From assembly GCA_037447605.1 (NCBI GenBank), contig CM074805.1:372001-436000 (forward strand): a stretch of 64,000 bases of DNA, given 5' to 3'. Positions 27,401 to 37,573 of this stretch are shown piece after piece. Position numbers and translations under genes: made by a program. Source of the DNA: Zygnema circumcarinatum SAG 698-1b (Eukaryota; Plantae; Zygnematophyceae). The number at the start of each line of letters is the position of its first letter. Position 1 is the stretch's first letter. The notes beneath the pieces were generated by a model. It was not told where the DNA came from and made no database searches. It saw only the letters and a list, made by a program, of their open reading frames with translations.

Positions 27401-29304
27401 CTTGAAGCTCCAAGAATTCTAATCCTTTATGAGACCACTAAATCTCTCTACCATGCGCAATTGAGAGATTCTCAATCTTTAGTCAAATTTTTGGGTGCAG
27501 CTTGTGGTAGCCATACAAGCCTTCTACCTCCACCTTCTCATGTCGGAGGAGAGAGAACGAGAGTGTTCAAATGTAAGTTCACTCCATAACGTTCTAAAAG
27601 GCAATACTGAAAAAATCGAAAGGATTCTTTCAGAGACTAAGGAAGGAGAGGGTTTAGAGAAGAGAAGCTTCGAGGGAGTTTCCAGTATGCCGCTTCTCCG
27701 TGGGAAGCCATGGCTGCTGGGTTCAAAGAAGCATAGGCTGGGGAGTGAGTATGACGAATTTGCGGAATTTGTAGGAGAGAGGAAACCGAGGTATATTGCT
27801 CTCTCGGAGAGTACAGAGTATGGGGGAGTTGAGTGGGGGGACTTAGTCGCAGAAGCTCTTGGCGCAGATGCTCGTCTTGTTGGAGCCGTAGAGGGAGAGG
27901 TTGATGGGGTAGGAGGGAGAGAGGAGGCGAGTCATCGTGAGACAGCGATGGTGGGAGAGGGAGTAGGAGGAAGAGAGGAAGGAAGAGGAGGGGTGGAGGG
28001 AGAGCTGCGATGCCCGAGGACGGAGAGCAGTTGGCCAAAGATGACATGGAAGCTGGAGGAGAGAGAAGGCTGGGTGGAGGTGATCACGGAGGAGAAGCCG
28101 CTTTTGGTGGTGATGTGGTGAATCTCCTCTCTCTCTCTCGCTCTCTCTCACACTCTTTTTGTGCCTCTTTTGAGAGTAGAGGAAGTGTAAGAGCGAGAGA
28201 GTAAGCTGTACGTTGTGTGTTTGATCTATGTGGGGGGCGGAGAGAGTGTAATGATATAGCGAGGTTGGGATGCATTAGACGAGCCTGTTTGTTCTAAACC
28301 GATTCTTTGTCGTTGTTGACATGTGAATGCCTTTTTTACTTCATAATTCGGAATTTCTCACTCCTTTTTTCTCATTTCTTAAATGATGCGATTGAGAGGG
28401 GGGTCTGCAGGGCAGCGCGGACTGCGAGAGATTCGCTACGACGTGACTTCCGATGGATTCGCGCAAATGATGGGAACTGGTGAGCTCAGCGAGAGCATCA
28501 GAGGGAGAGATGGGGTGGGAGGAGGGAGAGTGCAGAGGAGAGTCGAGGGACCATGGGTGGGAGAGCGGAGGAAACGAGGGAAGCGGGAGGAGAGGAGGGA
28601 GAGAGGAGGGAGAGAGGGAAGGAGGGAAGGGAGAGGAGGGAGAGAGAGGGAGAGAGAGGGAAGGAGGGAAAGGGGAGGAGAGGATGGAGAGCGGAGGGGA
28701 GGAGGGACGAGGAAGGAGAGATGGTTTTGAAAGGTGACAAGTTTGAGCGGAAGGTCGGGATGTGGGAGAGTGAGTGTGATCGTGGGGTCGATGAGGGGTG
28801 TGGGAGGTGGGGAGGTAGGGTGAAATGGGGGGGGGGGGAGAATATTGAAAGCCTAATGTTCCTACTACTTAAAAGAGATGAACTTCCTGAAAATCCTGTA
28901 ACCCTAAAATTTTGCAATGCAGCACCACAAAGCCCGTGGGGATTGGGTGCCTCCAGCCGGTTTTCTTTTTCCCCAAATTCCTTCGACCCAAGCAGCTGAG
29001 AGTTGCAGGTCGCCATCGTTACGTTGCTCAAGTACAAATTCCAAAGGTGAGCTCCTGCTTTACTCCCATCCATTATTTGCACTGTATAGGGTTTTTGGGC
29101 GGTTCGGGGTTTTTGTTTTCTCATAGCTTGCTTTGGAGATCTTTGGAGATGCAGGAAGGCTACACCGCTCTCTTTGTAGAGGTCCGATTCAAAGGGCCCA
29201 AAGGAAACCTTCCCTTTATATTCACAACCGAGGTGTTGGTTGTGCCCAACACATTTCCGTTTCCCGACTGTAACGGAGCGGAGTGCAAGGGAACGCTGGT
29301 CTAG
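24120..29304 (+). CDS. Secreted PqaA-family (PhoPQ-activated pathogenicity-related) / AprA-like alpha/beta-hydrolase, ~13 exons; alternative upstream ATG at 24069
   Basis: Signal-like MLLLLQSLLWQRWLLLASATG; TPLDEYM; LNFTSQKWLT...W.H; LYQVPNQP; REDDIIA; LRLPMTKAA; FVVSGASKRGWTAW; NLHHYFRSLGGW; MPKLIVVASNDEFFMPDD; NAEHS; RRDFRW; FTTEVLVVPNTFPFPDCNGAECKGTLV*. Confidence 0.88.
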
Positions 29305-30436
29305 CTTTCTGTCGGGCTGTCCTGCCTCCACATGTACTTTGTTCTGCTGTTTTGCTTTTTTTTGTGCTTTTTTCGTTGTACATTTTTTGAACATAGCTCA
29401 TCGGTTTCCGTCCTCCGTTCTTGTCTAGGGTTCAGGGTCTCGATCCAACTCGGTCTGTAAATACGTGCACAGGTTCTTCGCTGTTTCTTCCAATGCCTTG
29501 TGAATACTGTGAGGTGGACCAACTAGCGGAAAGTTCAAACTGACAGAGGAGTTCCGTTGAAACTCTTTTTGCGTTGTAGTTACGGCAGACTGTAAAAGCT
29601 GTTAAAATTTGAGCCCTTTTTGTACTCATTTTTCCTTTTCATCGCATTTGATTATAGGATTCCACGAATGATTAGGATGTGCGGGCCGTTAATGCCGTTG
29701 CCCTTTGTGACTTTCCTTAAATTTTTTGTTCCCTGGCCACCTTCGCACCCAACTAAAAAAAAGAAAGGGACAGCTCAAAAAATACACAAGACCCAAAATG
29801 GACAAAGTTATTTATGAACAGTCGCTGCTGAATACAAGATGGCTGAGCAACAGCCAGCGCGAAATTGTCAGCTGCTCCGAAAAAAACTGAACCTCAAACT
29901 GGAACTGAACCTGAAACTGAACTGTTGAACCTGGAACGAGAATTTTCTCTATGAGAACCAAAGAAGAACAAAATTGCCGGCATCAGCCTCCACTGCCTCC
30001 TTTCGAAGGCGGCTCATTGTAACTGTGAGGGAAGTCGCCACACTTTTGCTTTCAGGGTCTACGAGGGTCCAATGCTCTCATTTTCTCAGCAAGAGAGGAG
30101 GTGAAAAATAATCGAAAGAAGACCAAAAAAAAAATTCCGAGCGATTCTAATTTCACCCAAATGGAAAATGACGAGCAAAAAACAAAAAGCATTTTGAAGA
30201 CTAAAAGCTTAATCGAAAGCTAATGTGGGCAACGGAATTAAAGAGAGCGAGATGGGGAGAGGGTGGGGGGGGAGGAGAAAGAGAGAGAGAGAGAGAGGGC
30301 GAGCGCGCGAGTGACAGGGGGAGAGCGTGCGCCAGAGAGATCGAGAGTGGGAGAAGGAGAGGGAAAGGGAGAGCGAGAGAGAGGGGAAGAGGGAGGGAGA
30401 GAGAGAGAGAGAGAGAGAGAGGAGCCGGTCCGTCCG

Positions 30437-31280
30437 TCAGTCGTCTCCAAAGCCCCGCAGCAGCGCGGGCAGCAGCAGGCGGTAGTAGAGGACGAGCAGC
30501 GGCGCCACCACCAGAGCCATGGCGGCCCTCTGCTTCACCTCCCCCAGGCCGTCTGCATGGCCAAGGAAGGAAGGAAGAAAGGAAGGAAGGGGAAAGATAG
30601 GAGGAATCAAAATGAAAGAATAGGAATCAACAACGACGATAGAATCGAGTACAGTATTTCCAAAAAAAGGTGGTAACGAATTAGGGGGCTATAGAACGAT
30701 AGTGATAGTTGCTTTAGTGAGGATGGCATTTGCATTAACAGCAATGGTGGTGGGGACCTTGAAACGCAAGCCCTAGAAAACACAAAGCCCTCATTCGTGA
30801 ACCCTAGAAGTCTCCGAGAAAAAAAACTTTGTAGCTCTTTGCAAGCACCTGGGTAGACATTACGTGAGACTACGATGCTCCCTTTTTTTCAAAATTAGAT
30901 TTTAAGCTTCCTAGCCCTAGCGAAAAAGCCCAAAAGTACTTCCCTCCCTCCCTCTCCCCTCCCTCCCCCCTCCCTTCCCCCTCCCTCCNNNNNNNNNNTC
31001 CGTCCCCCACCCCCCCCCCCTCCCCCCTCCCTCCCTCCTCCCCCCTCCCCCAGCGCCCCTCCCTCTCACCGTCCGCCAGCTCGAGTACGTACTCCCCGGG
31101 CGGCAGCGGCGGCGAGGGCACGAGCACGGCCCCGTCCCGGTCCCGCACGAGCGCGAACCGCGCCTCGCGGCGGAGGCGGAAGGCGGCCCTCAGCGCCGCC
31201 GCGACCTCCTCCGAAGTGCGCGCGCTGCCCGCGTCCAGCGCGACCGTCCGCCCGCGGTACCGCACCACCACGCCCGCCAT
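30437..31280 (-). CDS. Small (~108 aa) two-exon protein: putative beta-grasp domain similar to the trihelix GT-1 C-terminal domain, plus C-terminal hydrophobic anchor
   Basis: Exon 1 31280-31070 (MAGVVVRYRG...PPGEYVLELAD, G|GTGAG); exon 2 ~30552-30437 (CAG|AC..: DGLGEVKQRAAMALVVAPLLVLYYRLLLPALLRGFGDD*). Strong GC3 codon bias; TATAA-like box at ~31330. Confidence 0.75.
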
Positions 31281-31504
31281 GGCGCCTGTACGGACGAGGG
31301 TGAGGGGGGGGGGGGCGAACTGCCGGAGGTTATAAGGGGGGGGTAAGGGTCTGGGGTTCTAGAGGGGTGAGGGCTTATGGTTCAGAAAGCTGGGTTGGAC
31401 AGGTCGGCATCTATGGCGGAGGGAAGATGGAAGGGGCTCTCAGCATGGGGAGAGAGAGAGAGAGAGAGAGAGATGAAAGGACCAGGGAGTGGGAGTAGGG
31501 TAGA

Positions 31505-31689
31505 GTACGGTATAGTACGGAATTGTAGGGCGTACGAACAGTTCTTAGACCGTACGAAGGATATTTGGGATGTACATTCCCCGTACAACGGGTGGACGTG
31601 GCACACGCTGATTGGATAATGAGGGTCCACTTTGATTTTGGCAGTCCTTGATTTTAGGAGCAGTACAGAGATCGGTACGGCAGGTGTAC
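31505..31689. promoter_or_regulatory. GTAC cluster plus ACGTGGC-N8-ATTGG upstream of the small tail-anchored gene
   Basis: 9 GTAC in ~185 bp; composite motif at 31596-31615. Confidence 0.5.
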
Positions 31690-31777
31690 GAACGCTGGAG
31701 TCGGCAGCGGAACTTGTTCACGGCCTGCAACTTTTACGGGTTCCATGTCTTAACTCAGTTCTGGAGCAGTTCGATTT

Positions 31778-32028
31778 TGGGGTTTAAGGGGTTTTAGAGG
31801 TTTTTCGCTTTTAGAGTTTCAAAGATTTAGGCTTTTGGGGTTTTAGTGTTTCCAGGATTTAGGAATTTGAGATATTAGGATTTTAGAGTTTCAAGGATTC
31901 AGGGTTTTGGAGTTATAGGGTTTCAAGGATTTAGGGATTTGGGGTTTTAGTGGTTTTAGTATTTCAGGGATTTAGGGCTTTGGGGTTTCAGGGTTTTGGG
32001 GCTTTCAGGGTTGAAGGGTTTTAGGGTA
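31778..32028. repeat. Degenerate TTTAGGG-derived minisatellite (~30-bp period)
   Basis: Recurring TTTTAGAGTTTCAAGGATTTAGG-like units. Confidence 0.6.
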
Positions 32029-32499
32029 TCCATTTCTGAAATGATGGTCAGGCAGCAAGTCGCACCACACACTCGGCGATGTTAGTCACTACTGTTGGTC
32101 CCATGGTCAACCACCTTCCCATTTACCATTCATTGCCCGTCTCAACCCACCCGGAAATTTCACAAACACATTCCTCCAATATGTACATTCGCAACAATGA
32201 AACTTGCACCATGGAACCTCCCCAACGCATCCTTCCACTGTCCTAGGAAGGGCAGCTACCTCGTCTCCTCCTCTCCCACTCTCTCCTCGCTCCCCCCCGT
32301 CTCCCACTCCCCTCCCTCTCCTTCTCCCACTGTCTCCATCTCGCTCTCTCTCTCTCTCTCGCCCCTCTCCCACCACGCACTCCCCCTCCCGCCACCGCTC
32401 TCCCCTTCTCCCTCTTCTCCCCCCCCCCCCCCCCCTCCTCTCTTCCCCTGCCTCTCCCTCCCCCTCCCTCCTTGCCGCTCTCCCTCCCTCTCTCCGAAT

Positions 32500-35168
32500 T
32501 CAGCGCTTAAACCACCTCGGCACCCCCTTCCCCTTCCCTGTGGCCGCTTTCGGAGGTTCACTTTTGGGAGGAGGCGCCGCCTCCTCCTCCGGCGGACCTT
32601 CTTCTTCACTCGTCACATTGTCCATGTCGGCCGCCTCCAAATGCAGATCTCGCAGCTCCGCCACGTCATCACATAGAAACGCAGTTGAGATCAACGGATC
32701 CGTTAAACCTTTAACTGCATTCCGGTGTTTCCCCCCCACCCCCCCCTTCCCATACTTATCACAGCGAACAAACAAAAGCATAGAATGGTGGTCGAAATTG
32801 TGTTCAAGATTGAGGTCGATATTGTGGTCAAAATCGGGGTCAATTTGTGGTCAAGATTGGGGTCAAATTGTGGTCAAGATTGGGTTCAAATTGTGGTCAA
32901 GATTGGGGTCAAATTGTGGTCAAGATTGGGTTCAAATTGTGGTCAAGATTGGGGTCAAATTGTGGTCAAGATTGGGGTCAAATTGTGGTCAAGATTGGGG
33001 TCAAATCGATGCCCTGAAAGGTAAAAGAAAATGCCTTCACCTGCTTCGCCTTCATACGAGAAGTGAATGATGGCTCCCGGAGCGAGTCGAGCTGCGTACA
33101 GAGAGAGAGCTTCGTCCTTTAGCCGCTGCTTGGGGGGGGTCGTATCTATGCGATTTACGGCAGCAGTTAAGGAAAACGGAACACATGGAAACGCCCAAGT
33201 GCAGCCGAGTACAATACAAGCACCGAAAGGATGTAAAAAGGAAAAAGGAAGAATGGGGTCAGAAAAGAAAAACAAAAAAGGATACAAAAATAAAAGGGCC
33301 GATCGGGCAGTTTCAAGCAGCGTGAAATGAATTCACGGACGGCTGAGATTGGATCCGACGGCTGAAAATTGGACTCCACGATCCAACCGTCGGGGAACTG
33401 CACTCTGATCACCGCCTGCATCTCAAAACAGGGTGACAAAAAAAAAAAAAAAAAATGTAGTGCATAAAAAATATGTATTGTCCAAGTTGGTTCCGTCCTT
33501 CCCAACAATGACGGAATCAGTAAGTCCTAAATGTGAAAAAAAAAATCACAAAAGGACCACTAAAGTTGAACTTCATAGGGCAGCATTTGAGGATTAGGAT
33601 TCCAATTATATAGATCAGTAGGGAATCCGAGAATTTTAATAGAAATTTTAGATTCTTTTAGTTTTTACCTTTGTAATGCGGCTGCGAGCTGCCTCTTCCT
33701 CCCTCTCCCTTATTTGTCTCGTCCTCAAGTACTTGTCTGCATTCAAAATGGTAGAGAGGCGAGAGAGAGAAAGACAGAGAGAGGGAAAGAGGAAGGAAAG
33801 TACCCGTAGAGGGAGAGGAAAGCGAGGGAGAGCGGGAACAAGAGAGGGAGAGAGAGAGAGGGGGAGAGAGAGAAAGAGGAAGGATAGTACCCGTAGGTGG
33901 AGAGGAAAGCGAGGGAGAGCGGGAACAAGAGAGGGAGAGAGAGAGAGGGGGAGAGAGAGAAAGAGGAAGGATAGTACCCGTAGGTGGAGAGGAAAGCGAG
34001 GGAGAGCGGGAACAAGAGAGGAAGAGAGAGAGAGGGGGAGAGTGGGAAAGAGGAAGGAAAGTACCCGTAGAGGGAGAGGAAAGCGAGGTAGAGCGGGAAC
34101 AAGAGAAGGAGAGAGAGAGAGAGAGAAGGGATGAGATTCACGTTTCACACATACTTCATACATTAGATAAAACTCGAGTTTTTTTTCAAGAACAGAGGTA
34201 AAAAGAAAAGGGTACCTTCTTTTTTAGTAGCGGCGAGGCGAGCAAAATCCTCCGGAGTGAAGTCATAAAACGAGTCCGATCCTTCACCTGAAAAAAAGCG
34301 AAGAAAAAAAAAAGCAAAAGAATAGTCCCAAAAGACACTCTCTCGTCTGATTTAAAACCGGGATGTGGTTTTGTGTATTCTTACAAAAATATTAAAAAGA
34401 AAGACAAGTATCAAACCCGTCGACCCAAAAAAGCCTCTCAAAATTCATGTAGTAAACCCTGAAATATTAAGTCTAATACCCTCGTTTACGCACCATTAAA
34501 ACTAGGGATGGAAGAGGGCTTCCGATTATCGCGAGAAATTTTCGACCTTTTAAATGCAGTGGTGGGCACACCTGCCTCTTCTTCTTGTGCTGCCGCTTTG
34601 AGGCTTTCCTCTCCCGCCTCCCTCTCGCTCTCTCTCTCCTCCTCTCTCTCGCTCTCTCTCTCCTCCTCTCTCTTCTCAGGCGCCGGGAGAGCAGCCGGAT
34701 TCACAAAGACGATCAGAGGCCGACCGACTTTCGCGGTCACACTGGCTATCTGATCACAGTCAGAAAGAGGGGCGAATTATAAGGAAAGGGTTGAGAAAGA
34801 CAGAGGGAGAGAGGGAGGGAGAGAAAGAGGGGTAATGAGAGCAAAAGCTGCGAGAGTTCGAGCAGGAAGGATGGGAGGAAAAAGGGACAACGGAAATGGG
34901 AGGAAGGTGACGAGAAAGTGGGTGAGGGAGGACGAGAGATAGGGAGAGGTAGAGTGCATGCCGACGTGCAAGAAATGAGACTCTAGGGTTGAAAAAGTGC
35001 TATAGAGTCTATATGAGAATGCAACTTTGTATACTTCTTTTCCTCAGAAGTTCGTATCATTAGAGTTAACCAAGTTATAAGGAGGACTGTTAAGGTTGGT
35101 AATACAACCTTCTCACGCGCTTGTGGAAACTTTTTTGCATTTGACGTTTCGCCATTTTCAGGGGTCAT
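32500..35168 (-). CDS. PUX1: Plant UBX-domain protein 1 (CDC48 regulator, TUG/ASPL-like)
   Basis: MTPENG...REK|IASVTAKVGRPLIVF; SDSFYDFTPEDFARLAATKKE|DKYLRTRQIREREEEAARSRITK|AVIRVQFPDGWIVESNFQPSD...PFYF|YTTPPKQRLKD..LYAARLAPGAIIHF; C-terminal PRWFKR*. Confidence 0.92.
32820..33005. repeat. 23-bp tandem minisatellite (GGTCAAGATTGGGGTCAAATTGT)n in PUX1 intron
   Basis: About 8 head-to-tail units with no spacers. Confidence 0.9.
33146..33285 (-). other. U12-type (minor spliceosome) GT-AG intron in PUX1
   Basis: Minus-strand 5'SS GTATCCTTTT at 33285, branch site TTTTCCTTAAC (TTCCTTAAC at 33174-33166), 3'SS TAG ending at 33146; removal restores FYF-YTTPPK. Confidence 0.85.
33780..34130. repeat. 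~87-bp purine-rich tandem repeat x4 in PUX1 intron
   Basis: GTACCCGTAG recurs at ~33800, 33887, 33975 and 34061. Confidence 0.85.
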
Positions 35169-36374
35169 GGTGGTCTGGTCTCCTGGTCAAGCTTCAGATC
35201 GTCCCTAATTTGCTTCGTTGGTCACCCTTCAGTGTACGCTTCTGACGTTGAAACCTGAGAAATGAGAAATATGAAGTGTTTACGGAGGGAGACGGGGAGG
35301 AGGAGGAAAGGGAAGAGAGAGAGGAGAGGAGAGAGAGGAGAACGAGGGAAACGGGGAAGAGGGGAAAAGGATTACAGGAGGGATGGAAGGTGGGAAAGAG
35401 AGAGCAGAACAGGGGGAGGAGAAAAGTGGTGAGAAGGAAGGGAAACGAGGGGAAGAGGCATGCAGAGGTAGAAGGAGAAGAAGAGGGAGAGGGACAGGGG
35501 GAGGGGAAGCGGAAGAGACGATTGGGATAGGGAGAGGGAGAGGAAGAGGGATAAGGAGAGGGAGACGGAGAGGGGGAGGAGAGGGAGAGTGAGAGAGGGA
35601 AGGAGAGGGAGAGGGACAGGGCGAGGGGGAGCGGGAGGGGCGATTGGGGGAGGGAGACGGAGACGGAGAGGGGGAGGAGAGGGAGAGGGAGAGATGGAAG
35701 GAAAGGGAGAGGGGGAGTTGGGGAAAGAGGGAGGCGGGGAGCACCGACCTTGACGAGAGCACCAGAGTCCTCTGAGGGGCGTGTGAGGGTGCGGCGCTTC
35801 AAGCTTCAAACATTAGAGCCCATATTCCAATGTGGAGGGCCAGACAGCACAGCATTCAGAAATTGAAGTTGAAAATTCTGAGGCTTACGAACTTATATAA
35901 TACTTGGAAGTCAATCGCGCGATCTTAAAAGCTTTGTGATCAAGGATTTTGCAATCGCATTTTTTGGTTTTTAGGGTTAGACTTTCAAGTTTGAAGACGG
36001 TCAGGACAGAGAGCTTCAGGGGCTAGGGTCAGAGTTAGGGTTTGGGGCCACCAAGAGGACAGGCGGAGAGGTACAGACGGGCCAAACATTGGTACCAACA
36101 GCCATTGGCATTCCAATGGTTGGCAACATTGAGATTCCAATGGTTGTCTGAAAAAACCACGAAAAATCCATTACTGTACCTACCAATGCCAATGATTGGC
36201 TGTGCCCCAAATCAATGGCTGGCAACCATTCCAACGGTTGATCCAACGGTCCGACCTGTCCATTCGTGATGTCACATTTGCGGTGCGTTCCATGTCACGT
36301 CACGATCTCACTTTGGTTCTGAAAAAGGAAGGGAAAATTTCATTGAATTCCATTGGTTCTGAAAAGCGTTGAAA

Positions 36375-36484
36375 AAAGGGATGTGACATTGATCTCACGA
36401 TGGCGATGGTGCCATCAATTGTACATGGACAAAATCATCATCATGGGGAACCACGAGGAACTGGTCCCAAGGGCCATAAGCACA
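36375..36484. repeat. Dispersed ~105-bp element, copy B
   Basis: Similar to 17856-17958. Confidence 0.85.
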
Positions 36485-37573
36485 AAAGAAAAATGCTCGG
36501 AAAGAAAGCTACGCCTAGGCGCAACAACGCTTCATGCCCTCCCTCGAATCGCCGATCGATGTGCGGCACATCACATCGCGCGGAGGGAGGGAGGGAGGGA
36601 GGGAGGGACGCCTCCGGAAGGCCAACTCTAAACTAAGGATTAGGTTTTCTTGGTACACATTTTTACAAGGGCAAGGACCATGAATTGTGGAGTGTTGGTA
36701 TGAGGTCGTGTTGCTAAGTGCTGCGAGTGCAAGTTCACAACATGGTACAATGCCGTGTTCAACACAGGCCCATGCATGCATGCATGCGTGAACGCGAGAC
36801 ATTGCAGCTAGACGGTCGTGTTACATGGCTCGCCGACACCTTTACAAGAACCACGAGTGCTTCCTCTACATGGCTGCAACCTCCCCCTTGAACCATGGCT
36901 AAACTGGCTACCATGGCTAACCCTGACTAACTCTGGGTAGCCGTGACTACCATGGCTAGCATTAAGTTAATCACTAAACTAAAATACACTAGAACGCCAC
37001 CATGGACGATGGCCCATCGCCAAGTGCTGCCCCACCAACCATGAGCCCTAGACTATGAAAAAATTGGAGCAAAAAATAAGCACAAAAAGAATGAATAAAT
37101 AAATCCCGCCAAGGTTAACCCCCATCATCCGTCGTCATTATTCGGGACGCGCGTTAGGGTCAAGGGTTGACCCCCGCCCGCTTATTGTTTGGTTCAAAGG
37201 TGGAAGACGAGGGAGTGGAACTCGGCACACGGCGCCGTTCGCTGCCCGTTCGGCCAAACGGTCTGTTCAGTTCGCCGTTGCACGCCAGTTCCATTCCGTC
37301 GATGAAAAAAACGACTTGTCAAATACGACAACTCCAAAACCCTTAAAAGCAATTTTTGTAATCCAAATGTGCAATTCGCCTAATTTTCTTCTTTCCATTT
37401 TGTCGCCTTGCGACGTCCTGCATCCCAAAGGCCAATCATATGCCTCGGTGCGATCCGGATGTGAGCCTGCACGGTCAAAAAAAAAAACAGCTATTTTCAA
37501 AACTGGTCCCAAACCAGACTCAACATTCAAAAAACAAAAGCGACACGTGTCATTCGATGGTTCATGGATCCAC

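Noticed and set aside
32820-33005. 23-bp repeat array as a CRISPR
   Set aside because: Units are head-to-tail without unique spacers, lie in a spliceosomal intron, and no cas genes are present.
35750-35823. LKRR-containing frame upstream of PUX1 as an N-terminal extension
   Set aside because: It has an in-frame TGA upstream and hits a stop after splicing to the next exon; treated as 5' UTR.
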